The position numbers and the translations under genes were made by a program. Source: Perkinsus olseni (Eukaryota). From it: DNA of 57,697 nucleotides. The first letter of the stretch is position 1, and the number at the start of each line of letters is the position of its first letter. Of the stretch, positions 13,057 to 25,393 are shown piece after piece. Location: NCBI GenBank assembly GCA_013115125.1, contig JABANN010000173.1, positions 1 through 57,697 of the forward strand, written 5' to 3'. A model generated the notes under the pieces. That model was not told where the DNA came from. It did no database searches and worked only from the letters and a program-made list of their open reading frames with translations.

Positions 13057-13337
13057 TTGCATCATGATTTGCATAACGGCTCCGTTGAACAGTGAAATAT
13101 CCCCAAGACTCAGCGCAAGTCCTGTTCACCTCGCCTTGCTCGCCTTCACCAAGTGCCATCGAAACACAAATCGGCCTCATGTTGAGAAACTACTCGCGAA
13201 GTTACGTACTTAAACTCACTCAGAATTATTGTATCACAAGCTTCCCGAAACGAACGTCGCATCATCGTGCCGAAACTGGAGGCAAATACGATCTTGAGGC
13301 ACAGTTGGGTGAGTCACACCCGCAAATGCTTCTCCGC

Positions 13338-14456
13338 TCAGCTCTGCATAGACTTGCTGGCGAGCAGGCGACCGTCACGAAATTTGGTCGCTGAAACCTG
13401 GTGGTGGAACTGGAAGATATTGAGTCCGAAGCCGACCAACCCCAAGCCGAATTCAGGATCCACACCGATACCCAGACTTGACACACAAACGTTCCAGTCA
13501 TCGTCAACATACAACGATGTTGCCGACCCGTCCTCCGCGAATAAGTTAGGCGAGAGGATGAGATCCTCGTAAATGTGATACACATATCCACTCTCTCCAT
13601 ACCGATCTGCGAATGTACCGAAGCAAATATTCCCACCAGTACGCGGGAAGAAGCGGCACATGAAGACGTTACGCTCGGGTGTCTCGAAAATACCCCCAGA
13701 GGCCTGCCATACGCATATCTTTCCCCAAGTACCACCCTTTGTGAACATGATCGTCATGGGCCGGCCATCCTCTATAAGAGCATCCTGGAACTTGGGACTG
13801 GGGAACCACTCTGGGTCATCTTCGTCGCCCTCGCTCGCGGAGTCCGTTGTCTCTTGGCTGATCATAGTCATAACGTATTTGAACTCACAATGAGCTCCCA
13901 CCATCATGAAGATCCGAGAGGAGACCGCTCCGGTTATGAATAGAACACCATCGACCACTCTCAGGTCCGCCACGGGCTCAGGTACCTTTATAACACTCCT
14001 CATGTGCGGAGGCTGCTTGAAGAAGATACGGTAGAGCTTGTTCGGATCCTTATAGAAATAGTAATAAAAGCAATTCCCCAGCACACAACCAGCATGACCG
14101 TCTCCTATTCTGCCGACCGCTTGGAAGCTTGATATGTTTTTCGGTGATATACCCCTCCCGAACTTGTCCGATCCGCGCCCTGATGTCATCGGGAGGCGGA
14201 TCCTAGCCGGACCGATGAAAGTCGACGATACCATACGCCCAATGAATTCACCGGTCTTCAAGTTCAAGTTGCTCTCGCAGTCGTAGGCTAACATATGCCC
14301 AGGTAGGGTGTACTGCTCCTTCAGGTAAAAACTATTTGGATAGACGACCAACGGCAGGTAGTCCCATATAGTGGACATTACGTCCTCAGAGATGTCCGCC
14401 GACTGCGCGCGGATGCTCATCATCCTCGCTGCGACGAGGAAACGTGCCGAATCCAT
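13338..14456 (-). CDS. Intronless protein with F-box-like N-terminus and beta-rich body, paralogue A
   Basis: Continuous 372-codon ORF from the ATG; ISEDVMSTIWDYLP resembles an F-box helix; collinear with the paralogue at 15313-16434. Confidence 0.8.
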   Translation of the reverse strand: MDSARFLVAARMMSIRAQSADISEDVMSTIWDYLPLVVYPNSFYLKEQYTLPGHMLAYDCESNLNLKTGEFIGRMVSSTFIGPARIRLPMTSGRGSDKFGRGISPKNISSFQAVGRIGDGHAGCVLGNCFYYYFYKDPNKLYRIFFKQPPHMRSVIKVPEPVADLRVVDGVLFITGAVSSRIFMMVGAHCEFKYVMTMISQETTDSASEGDEDDPEWFPSPKFQDALIEDGRPMTIMFTKGGTWGKICVWQASGGIFETPERNVFMCRFFPRTGGNICFGTFADRYGESGYVYHIYEDLILSPNLFAEDGSATSLYVDDDWNVCVSSLGIGVDPEFGLGLVGFGLNIFQFHHQVSATKFRDGRLLASKSMQS

Positions 14457-15312
14457 CACGAACTGAGGAGAAAAACAAGGCTACTGACGAATCTAGTCTA
14501 CATGGATATGGCGTCTTTATCTGTGCCAGTACACAACGGACAGCGCGATGACAGCCCAAATATACTTCACCATCAGCGTTGTACAGGAACCTCGCGCTCA
14601 GAACGACGTTCTACCCAGCTGTTCGCAGGAAGGGCAGAGGGAAGGAATGTGGGGTTCCGTCCCTTCACTAAGCTACTCTCTCGACCACAGTCCGATGCAG
14701 TTATTTGCCCTCACAAACCCGTCTCATTCAGACTCAATAACGAGAGGATCTCAGCTAAATCGATGCCAACACTTCTGCTAGCGACAGGTCAGGACTCCCC
14801 GGCACTGACTGAGTATCATTTAATAACGCAGAGGTAGGGGATTTTGGTCAAGCTTGTTGTAATTCATAGTAGTACATCGATTACCCGGGGTGGCCAAGAG
14901 ACGTTGCAGTACTCTCCACCTGCGAATAATGTAACTGTCTGTAAGGCTAGCAGATAGCACGAAGACAAGTCATCATCATCTTCGTAATCATCACTGATAG
15001 CAATGGTTCTTCGCTATACTCGTAGATACGGTGTAGAGCTCAGATGGTTCCGGAGGAGAAGTAAGGAGCAGCGTGAACGCCCTCTGGTTGAACCCAAGTT
15101 GGGTCCCTAACCTGAAATCTGGGCTGGTTTTCTCTACGCCCACTCCCTCCCTGAACACGAATTGGGTTCCGGGTTGAAAAAATAACAGCATAGTGACCTA
15201 CATCGTACCCGCAACTTTCTGGGAATGTACACTACATTATGGTTCGAGGATTCGACGAGGGTAGGCAGCGTGTCGCAGTACAATTGGGCGAGTGGCAACG
15301 GAAACGCCTCAT

Positions 15313-16434
15313 TCAGCTCTGTGAAGTCTTGTCAGCGAGCAGGCGACCGTCACGGAACTTGGTTGCTGACATCTGGTGATGAAGCTGGAAAACGTTGAGC
15401 CCAATGCGGAGTAATCCCAAGCCGTAGTCACCATCCACGACGAGAGATTGAGTGGATACACACACTGTCCAGTCGTCGGTGACGTAAAGAGACGAAATCG
15501 ATTCATGCTGGGGGAATAAGTTAGGGGAGAGGATGAGGTCATCATAGATGTGATACACATACCCTCTCTCCCCATATCGATTTTCGAATACACCGAAGCA
15601 GATTCTTCCACCAGTACGTGGCACAAACCGACACATCGCACAGTTGCGCTCGGGCGTCTCGAAGGTTCTCCCAGAGGCTTGCCATACGCATATCTTGCCC
15701 CAAGTACCACCCTTCATGTACATAATACGCACAGGCCGACCATCTTCTATAAGAGCATCTTGGAACTTGGGACTAGGGAACCAATCTGGGTTATCATCGT
15801 CGTCGCCCTCGCTCGCAGAGTCCGTTGTCTCTTGGCTGGTCATAGTCATAACATATTCGAACTGGTGATGAGTTCCTACCATCATGTAGAGCTTAGAGGT
15901 GCTTTTACCAGCTAGAAATAGAACAGCATTGACCACCCGTAAATCTGCTATGGGCTCGGGTACCTCTATAATAGTCTTGCTATGTACAGGACCTGCCAGT
16001 GGGATGCAATAGAGTTTTTCGGGGTGCCAATAGAGATAGTAATAATAACGATCCCCCAGTATACAGCTAGCATGACCGTCTTCTATTTTACTAATCTCAT
16101 GAAAGCTCGAAATGTTGGTCGGCGAGTTGCCCCTTCGGCATTGCGTCGATACATCACTGGTTGTCAGTGGAAGTTGAACACTAGCCGGGCCAATAAAGGT
16201 CGGCGAAACCATATTCCCGACGAGTTGGCCGGTCTCAAAGTTCAGGTTACTCTGACAATCATAGGTTAACATGAACCTCGGCAAGACGACCTGCTCCCTG
16301 AGCCTAAAACTATTCGGATAGACGACCAGTGGCAGGAACTCCCATATCGCAGTCAACGCGTCATCTGAAATCTCTGCCGACTGTGCGTGAATATGTTGTA
16401 GCCTTGCCGCGACGAGAAAACGTGCCGACGCCAT
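15313..16434 (-). CDS. Intronless protein with F-box-like N-terminus, paralogue B
   Basis: MASARFLVAARLQHIHAQSAEISDDALTAIWEFLPLVVYPNSF; shares long identical blocks with paralogue A (SQETTDSASEGD, WFPSPKFQDALIEDGRP, KGGTWGKICVWQASG, SATKFRDGRLLA). Confidence 0.8.
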   Translation of the reverse strand: MASARFLVAARLQHIHAQSAEISDDALTAIWEFLPLVVYPNSFRLREQVVLPRFMLTYDCQSNLNFETGQLVGNMVSPTFIGPASVQLPLTTSDVSTQCRRGNSPTNISSFHEISKIEDGHASCILGDRYYYYLYWHPEKLYCIPLAGPVHSKTIIEVPEPIADLRVVNAVLFLAGKSTSKLYMMVGTHHQFEYVMTMTSQETTDSASEGDDDDNPDWFPSPKFQDALIEDGRPVRIMYMKGGTWGKICVWQASGRTFETPERNCAMCRFVPRTGGRICFGVFENRYGERGYVYHIYDDLILSPNLFPQHESISSLYVTDDWTVCVSTQSLVVDGDYGLGLLRIGLNVFQLHHQMSATKFRDGRLLADKTSQS

Positions 16435-17507
16435 TGCGAGCTGAATCGAGTATCCTAAAAGCTGAAGAGCCCTGCCATTAGTGTGCGTATACGCCACGTG
16501 ACCGCCACAACGTTGTCGTTCTTGCATCGAATTTTTCTAGCTTCCTATTTTATGATCGAACATCTTCTAGCGTCAGGCTAGTGGACTCGGGTAGTCATTC
16601 TATAGCATTGCTGTTCATTCGCGCAGAGGCATTACGATTTCAGCAAGGTCGAAGTTAAGTAGTCAAATTCCAGGCAGTCAAAGGTCGGTATAACTAGAGG
16701 GGATGTGCCTCGTAAGTGGGGGTAAGTTGAACTTCCAAAGTTGTTCAAGACCACCTGCCCTGAGACAGAGTGAAAGTTTCACTGTGAAACTCCCAGACTC
16801 GGCCTCATCACCCGAAACGTATCACCGAAATGAGTGCTAAACATAGTGAAGATAGATGGAGAGCTCACTGTCTCTGGTTGAGTATCGTTGGATGATAGTG
16901 AGAAAGGTATTCCGATAAACTCCGTTACACTGGTCAATACATAGCGTAGCGGATCTGCAAGAGTGAACCTACGGTACCTTCAGAGGTGTTTGCCCTCATA
17001 GTAACACGGCTACCCTTGGAAGTGATGAGTAGTATTAGGTCACAAGCGTTCGAAGCAAAAATACCGGTGGAGTGCTAGCTCTGCTGGTCCAGTTGACTCT
17101 ACTAGTGGGCGTGTCATCGAGCTTTGAAAACACTTCCTGCACGCGTGCGGAATTCGAAGGAGCCTGAACTTTGCGACAGTGTCGTAGCGATATGTCTCTG
17201 TTCCGTGCCATCCGGGTCTTGAAACTTGCTTCGAGTTGGCCCCAGCGTCGAGTGAGGTGTTGCGTGAAGTTGAGCTAGGATGAGATAAGAGTTTAGCCCT
17301 GAAGCCCTTGAAGGCCTCTAGCTGCCGCTTCGGTACAAAGTTTGTACTACAAACTGTGTCGTGTCACTCGCACCCCTGATCAGTAAACATCCCTGCGAGA
17401 TCATAACACCAAAACCTTCGCAGCGAAGGCGTGGCTTATTTGAACTCTGCGAGAATCAGGCTCCAGGAACTTTTGATACAGATGGCAATGATAAATAGGT
17501 ATATGCA

Positions 17508-19085
17508 TCAAACCAGAACAGGGCCCTTCAACGGCAACGGCTTGAAGTGGTCTTTCTCAATCAGCTCGCGCTCTGCTGCGATAGGGGAGTCTCGTCCAGG
17601 ACTTGTCCAGTAAGCAACAACGCAGGCCATGATTCCGACCGCCATCGATGTTGCTGGGACACTGAAAGGGCCGGGTTGGGCTTGCGGGCTGAAAGGAAAA
17701 GCAAAACTAACATGGCAGCCCAACATTAGGAATGCAACGTAGACTGTCCTAACGGTCACCAAAGAAGAAGAGCGCACAGTTTAACAAAGTGGAGGACTCG
17801 AGACTCACTTGAAGAGATCCTTCCCAAGGACCATCGTGAGAGCATAAGTGAGCGCCGTCGACCCGGCCTGGGTGACGTTCTTCGTGGTCGAGGATAGACG
17901 TTTGGTTATGTAGGCAACCAGCCAGCCCGAAGCAACATAAATTGCGACCACTACCAGTGTACCTGAAACACAGTGATGGCGATTGGAGAAGATACGGAGG
18001 GTTACAGAGCTGGATCACTGGCGCCCCCAACGTACGCTGGTCCCAGAGAATGAGAGGGTTCCAAGATCCGACCTCCAGGCCCTGGTTGAGTCCATGGGCG
18101 GTGAAGGCAACAAATCCGATGAGAACGCTACAAACCTTCATGTGAACGACTTGAACAGGCAGAGAATCACCCGTAGTCTTCAACAGTTTCTCCGAGAGAA
18201 TGCTGCCGGAACCTGAAAAGTGCAAAACTAGCACGGGGCTGGCGACTCGACCTGGGCGCTTAGACTTGCAGTGAGTCATGCAGCAAAAATGACGCCTGCC
18301 ACTTCCCAGCTCACATGAAGATAAAACAAACACTGTGGTGTATATGAGACCGACTGTTGAGGTGGCCATGACCTCCGAGGTCTCTTGGCGAGTCTTCGCG
18401 ACGCAGAAAAGGATTGAAAACATGAAAACTCCGGCGACGCAGAGGACCTGCCTCTTGGTGTACCTGGTCCCAGACGCAGCATAAACAAGGTTGCGAGAAA
18501 GCGGCTCACATCCGTCCAAGCCAGCACCACGAAAAGAACGTTATTGTAGGAAGACACACTTGTAAGAGCAGCTTAAATGTACCTGGTCACAGGAGAGTCA
18601 GCCGGCAAACCGGGTTCCGTCAGCCTACCAGGATCCAAATAATTAAGCGCCTTCAACGCGCAAGTCTGGCTAGTCATAAATAACATTGCCACTGGTAGAA
18701 ACCTTAGTGTGTCGTAGCCCAAGACGTTCACTTCAGTGCCCTCGCTCCCCATAAGCTTCGCAAAAACGTATCCCATCGCCAGCGATACAACATCCTTCAC
18801 GAAAAGGATGCTGATCTCGCTCGGCGTTTTCCCGGGATCCTTGTTGGCTAACGACCACGACACTATCAGACCTTTGCTGAGGTCAACCAGCAGGTATACC
18901 AGAATGAGCCATAACTTGGGGGAACCGAGGTTACCGTAGGTATAATAATAGAGGACTGCGGCAGCCAGGATCGGCACTACTGGTGAATGCAGTACGTAAG
19001 CGAGAACCACACCCGCTATGACCAAGGAAACTACCACCGTGAAAACTTGCAGCTTCCTTCGTATTGTCGGCTTCAGGCTCACCAT
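17508..19085 (-). CDS. Nucleotide-sugar transporter (SLC35A / UDP-Gal/CMP-Sia type)
   Basis: LRFLPVAMLFMTSQTCALKALNYLDPG; SGSILSEKLLK; multiple TM exons. Confidence 0.8.
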
Positions 19086-19216
19086 TGGAAAGACATATAA
19101 AACTACCAAACAGTTAACGGTGGAACTCTGCCATCGTCGCGTGTGAGAATACTGTAGACTAACTCAACAGGAACTGCGCTATACGGAAACACTATCGAAT
19201 CACTCAAGCATGCTGA

Positions 19217-20998
19217 TCACCAATGCCATCTTTGATGCGGGGCTTGCGGATCCGGATAGAATCTGTGATATACAGATCTCTTGAATTACCCTTCGCAAGG
19301 ATCCCTCACCGGTAGGCCTCTACTAAGCCTCGGCGCTGATGATGACCGGGCGCCTGCTCTGTCCCATCATAGATTTTCTCTGCCAGCATCGTGCCTGCCT
19401 CATCTCGTTGCACCGCCCTCAGTTCCTCTGGTGTCTGACATGAGCTCGACTACGTAACTGCCTCTCGCCCTCAGTGCCCCCGCACCTGCCATCTAGATGC
19501 CCACATGTCCAGCAGTCGCACTGGCTTCAGTGGTTTGTCCTCGGGAGCTTCCGAATACCGTGGGTCAACCTAAGATACGCCCTTCGAGAAGGAAATTCAG
19601 CAGCCGCATGAACACCTCAATTCTGTCGAGCCTCAGCATCGTGACCCAATACCGCACTCTCCTGAACCGGAACCATCGGCGCTTGGGCTTATATCTGTAC
19701 GGTAGAGTTCGAACGCGACCGTAGTTCAGCTAAGTATACATGAAGGAGACTTGGTCCTTGGTAAGGGTCTGCTGCTCTATCGTACAGTGGACCTTAGCGT
19801 AGGGGATCACGGGCTTCCCCATGAGGGTCCAGTCCTTGGTACCGACCAGCAAGACAGACCCAAAGATGATCTGATCAGCAAAGCCATCACTTGCTATTTG
19901 CTGTGAGTTATCCAACGGAATTTCCTGCTCTCCGATGAATCTATTCTGCCCGCACTAGGCAGATCCCTCCCGCTATCAGACACGTCCGTATCGAGGGTAT
20001 CAGAAGTATCGAGGGTAGCCCAACGAAGACGGACCAGTCTGACCGACCTGATCGCCAGCCTGTTTCCTCTTGATACGCTCAGTTTGTATTATGTCCCCCA
20101 CAGTTGCCTTGTGCTGCAGCCACTTGCCGGAGAGAAATACCACAAAGGCATTCTCAAGATCCAGCTTCATTCCCGGGGGAGGATCTTTCGGTGGCTCCGT
20201 GCTGAAACCAAAATCCTTTCAAAGCCTGTGTTTCCGATCACGCGAAAGCCACCCAGGCCCTCGCTATGAACTAACTCTCGAGCGCGAGTTCCGCCAGGGA
20301 AACTCTATCAGCCCGCTAACGGCCCAGCGTCGAAATATGATGCTGTGGTGATCTCGGACCTCTGTGGCATAAAGGCACGATCCCTTCGCACTCCGAGGAA
20401 GGCACAGTCCCCATTTACTACATGAAGCACTTCATCCCGTTTTACTACATGAAAGGCATCCGATCATGTTGCACGAATGCCGTAGTAACCTCCCTTTTAG
20501 GATGCCGGTTCGGGAAGGACTTCCACTTTCTCCTCATGTTCATTCTGTTCCGTCGAACATCCCCGACGTAGTTCCATCGCAACTTCAGGTCCGCATAGGT
20601 GACAATTTCATTCATGTTTTGGTCAGTATCCAACAGGGGATGCTTCGGCACCTTGTGGGGGATCTTCATATTCTCACCTGTCCAGATAGAAGACTTCGTA
20701 TTCCGCGACCGAGGACGACAGCGGTGTCCGGAAGATCCTGACTAGTCGTAAGGCCGCCAGTATGACCACAGGAGCTCACGTGCTCTCGGATAAAGCAAAG
20801 ACGATCCCTAAGACGCCCCAAAGCCACTCCGGTTTCCTAGTTGACTCAATGCGTTCGAGACCTCACGCGTCTCGTCGCTCACTCGGCAGTACCTCCCCTG
20901 TGCTTTCCAACTTGGAACTCCAGCTTGTGAGCATAGGAAGCGCGCCTGCGATGCTTCACGTCAACCTTCACGAAGCGTTGCATAAACCGCCGAAACAT
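19217..20998 (-). CDS. MRPL21: Organellar ribosomal protein bL21 with long extensions
   Basis: [26 protein letters not shown]...[37 protein letters not shown]...[16 protein letters not shown]; the Arg-rich N-terminus MFRRFMQRF resembles a mitochondrial presequence. Confidence 0.8.
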
Positions 20999-21187
20999 GT
21001 CTCAAAAACTCTTTCCAGCAATCCTCTCGCAGAGCCAATATACGCATTCAACTCCGAAACTCACAAACACAACTACGGATGCTGATCGTGACGTGGAAAG
21101 GAACCAACTAATATCACTGGAACTATATAGCAAGAAGAAATCAACGCGGCAGCTTCATCTTCCGCGAATCGTGATAGCTGTTTACTC

Positions 21188-23496
21188 TTAATGACGGCAC
21201 GGACTGTACGAGAGGTCGAAGGTGCGGAACCGAACAAAACGATTCTCCTGAAATTGATGGAGTGCGATACGCCCAATAGGAGACTATAGGACTCACCAAG
21301 GGAGAGAGAGGTGTTTCCAGGTCCTTGAAGGCTTCGGTGCCACGGACAGTACTGTTGTAGACGAAGTCCTGGCTGACAGGCTTGTCCAAGTCAGCCATGG
21401 GATGAGCAACACCAAAGATATCCCAAACCTTAGCGAGGCGTCTGAGAAGCATTGACGTCGGAAATTCAGATGAGGTTTGACTCTGACTTACAGCTGAGGC
21501 GGAGCTTGGGTACGGGTATAGTTAATGTAGGCATCCTTAGGGAAGTCCTTCATTTCGGCGATACGACGACGGAGCTCAACAAACGGGGTAGAATACGGCA
21601 CGAACTCCCTGAGAGAGAAGGCGATTCAACCAGAGGGCGATGATGAGACCAGTAGCAGTACCTCGTGGGCGGGTAGGGCCATCCCTTGCCAGGAGGAGTG
21701 ATCCAGAACTCACTAGAGATGTTGTACTCAGTGAGGAACCTCTTAGTCTCGCTAGTGAAGAGCTGTCCAAGGTCCACCTGCGCCCACTCAATGCTGGGGA
21801 TATTGGTACTGTGAATCTGATGACGAAATATGAGAAGCGAGAAACCCTGTGGGAATCTGTGTCCTTACGGTGACGTAATCTCTCTGGTAGCCAAGGAAAT
21901 CGAAGTCGTCACCAAATACGTGAGAGTTGGGCTGACCACCCTCAGTGCGGAGGTTCGAGAACATAGCCAAGGCGGGATAGTTACGGATGCCAAGATAAGG
22001 GCAAGCTGAGAAGAACGCGAATGAAAGCGTTTCATTGCACATGATGGCAATCGCCCGGAACTTACCAGCAAGGCAGCAGATGAAGATCCACGGAATACTT
22101 CCCAAAAGGCTGCGCTTGGGGTAGACCCTCTTGACGGGGATATCACTCTTAGGAGCAGGCCAGAAGGTGACGCAAAGTAGATAGACGCAGGAACACAGAC
22201 TCCACACAGCAGCAAATGCCCACAGACCGTAAGGGGGGTACCTGAAGCGCCATATGAAGAAGAATTCCCGAATACCGTCGTCAAGAGAACGGGAGTGCGA
22301 GCGGGCGATCCGAAACAAGCCTACTCGAAAGGCATCGCGCCCTCCAGCTCGGGAGCCATGAGCATCGGCCAAGCACTGACAAATGCAGCGAAGAGTCCGA
22401 GGAAGGCACCCCAACGGAGAATAGGCTTCGCGTTCAACCAGTTGACGACTGTGTTCGCAACGAGAGCGGCTTGCTCTGGCAGCACCTGATTTGAAGATGA
22501 ATAGAGCCGATAAAAATGAGCTTGACGCTTACGAAAGTGTACATGGGAGCCATGGCCATGGTGAAGGGGTAAACACTCATGGGTGACACAGTTTCGGCAA
22601 GAACACAGTGGAAGAGAGCACCCCAGAAGCACACGAACCGGAGCCAGAAGTACTTCCCTAAAAGGGGACAACGTGGAATATCGGAGCGCTGCTCATGGCA
22701 TTGAGCACTCACCCTTGGCAGCTCCGAGAATGAGAGCAATAGGAAGGCCAATCTCAATAATGACTGCGAGATGAGGCATGAAGTCCCAGGGAGCCCAGGA
22801 AGGGACCCAGAACTTGAACAAGGGGAGCCCGACGAAACCGCCGAACATGAGGATCTGAGAATAGTCATGTCCCACCTCCCTAGAGCGGTACGACGACTCA
22901 CGCAGCAGCTGTACTCGTGACTAGCCCAGCCTCCATTCATCTTATCGATACCAGTGACGAAGTAGAGAGCGATGACCATGGCACGCATAGCCCAGGTAGC
23001 TCTGTTGACCCACTCCGAGCGATCACTCTTGTACGTGAGGAATATCTACAAGGGGCACTGCTGGTCCGCGCACGGCCCTGGAGGAGGGAGCGGCAACTTA
23101 CGCATGATCCGAGAGCGATGTCAGCGAAAATGTGGTTACTGTAGTGACCAGTGACGAAGATGACGACGAAGCCAACCAAGAGAGAGGTCATCGTCACATA
23201 ACGGCATCGAGGCTTCACAAGAGCGAGGAAGTCCACGATGGCCAGAGAAACCAAAGGAATAGCGTTCTGCACAGTACGCGAACCTGAATCGCAAATACCG
23301 ATGACCGCCGATTATCAAGTTCCTGGAACTCACTCTTGAATATGAAGAAGAGCTTAACGCACTGAAGTAGCATGAGTTGCGACCAGAAGAACGTGAACAC
23401 CGTTATGGCGTCCATGGAGTTGGCAGGCGCCTCAGCGGTGGCCTTTTTCTCGCTGGCCGTTTGCTCCGCCTTTGTCGGTGTCGCCGCGCGAGACAT
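21188..23496 (-). CDS. HTTM-like (VKG-carboxylase-related) multi-pass membrane protein
   Basis: HYSNHIF; ALYFVTGIDKMNGGW; IIEIGLP; GALFH; PYLGIRNYPALAMFSNLRTEGGQPNSH; spliced C-terminus RFVRFRTFDLSYSPCRH*. Confidence 0.7.
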
Positions 23497-24105
23497 TCTT
23501 AAACTCAACTGAGAACCCGGCACTGGCGGTCGTCGGCGAACTTATTATCAAGCTCCGAGAAGAATATTCACTGGGAGTGCACCACAATTTCTACCTCATC
23601 CACTGTCCGCGATGCGTTACGGACTGTGTGGCAGCTGTCCCGCCCCTCGACGGCCATTCATAGCGGCCCCCGCACGGTTTAGCTCGACACAACAATGTCC
23701 TGCTCGAATCACAGAAAATTGCGCCACTTGCCGGGTTGCTCAATTCGGTTCTCCTATCAAGTCCAAGGCTGATCAAATTAATGAGCAACGTCAGTGTACC
23801 TCGTTGGCCGATAGCCAAGGATATGTCAACAGACCGCATGAGGGTCAAGGCAGCCAATTCGACACCACCCGAAGGCCGGGGAGAAACGCGTTGAAGAGGG
23901 CACAACTCGTATCGGGTAAATCATGCGAGACGAATGAGCCGCTAATAATGAGGAGCAATAGCGTGGCCCACCCCCGACGCTCAGTATACTGGAGAGAGCG
24001 GTGGTGACTGCGATCGCTGGGATGCCTTGCTCGTCTCAAGGGTACGGACCCGCTGCCCGCTTCAACGAAACGCACATGCGACGGAAGCGAAACAGTTTTA
24101 TCAAG

Positions 24106-24823
24106 TTAGGCTTTCGGGGGTTGGCATATCCTTCCGCTATCCATCGACTTTTTCACCGCATCCTGCAGCAGCTGACGAGCTGCCGAGTCCTTCTTGTAGA
24201 GTATGAACGATGGTCGTGCATTGAGTGAGTCCCACGACCTGTACAACAACAGCTCAAACACGACGTAACGAAGACGTCTATCTACATATGAGTCTTCTGA
24301 TCAGACAGTCTGATAGGCTTGAAATCTCCTATCACCGCGACGAAGGCCACTGCCGCCCCGATGATGCTCTCCAGAGCCACCTGAGCCAAGCGAGGCGATT
24401 CCAAACGAAGCGATCCAAAAGGAGCCTACTGTCACTACGAACGCTGTTCCCATCGTATCTTCCTCAACCTCGGATGCAGGCATTTCCTAAAGATAACAAT
24501 CAATTTGACCAACGAGGAACCCCGAGCATTTCTGAACCACGGGAGCCATTCAAAGAGGTTGGGGACGTAAGTCTATGCAACCATACCGAGCGCGATACCC
24601 AGAGGAGCATAGAATAACGTTCATACATGACCAATGACACGAAATTGAAATGACGCCCAATGACATTGAATGGCACGAATTCAATGACAGACTATAGTCT
24701 GCGAATCATTACCGTATTCAACTCCGCTACGGCTGTATGCTCCACTTGGGCATTCATCCGATAGGCAGCATGGAATAGCATAGCCATGCCGAGGAGTAGG
24801 AGGGACCGATCCAGCACACGCAT
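24106..24823 (-). CDS. EMC5: ER membrane complex subunit 5 / MMgT
   Basis: LLLLGMAMLFHAAY...VALESIIGAAVAFVAVIGDFKPIRL...SWDSLNARPSF matches the MMgT motifs. Confidence 0.8.
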
Positions 24824-25393
24824 AGGATGTAATGGGAAGATGTGAAACAAACTGCCCGAACAGGGGTATCTCAACCGGACAGAACGCGGGCCAGTTGCAA
24901 GCAACAGCAAAGCACACCGCCTCCCAAAAGACAAGGCATCGGTTAATACGAAAAAAGATTCGAGGGGGTCCCCGAACAGGGAGAACTAATTGTCGATATC
25001 CTGGCTACTTAGCCAATACCGATAGGACCACTCGAATACCTCCGATGACCCCTCGGTCAAACTGAGAACAGGTCACAAATTAAGTAAGAATACTTACTTT
25101 GCTCTCGCGATCAAAGACAAAGGTAACAATCCACTAATGAATGAGATACTCGCTAAGGTTCATTTGCAACGCAGGTTCGCCCAACGATGGAAGGCAAGTT
25201 GCGCCATACCAAATTCCTCGGCAATGTGACACTCACGCCCACTGTCTTCCCACTCTGGCGGTCCGCTACTGCTATAACATTAGAATCACAAGCCCTACTA
25301 CGAACGGATCATCCCTACCAAAATATGACGTTACAGAGCTAGCCGCGATGCGAGATTCATCGCATCGCCTTGCGCGCAGATCGCCGTCAAAGG

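Noticed and set aside
13262-16269. Overlapping alternative-frame and antisense ORFs similar between the two paralogues
   Set aside because: By-products of DNA similarity between the duplicated genes.
21141-21452. Apparent standalone ORF MLLRRLAKVW
   Set aside because: It is an exon of the HTTM-like gene; its ATG lies in the intron before the acceptor.
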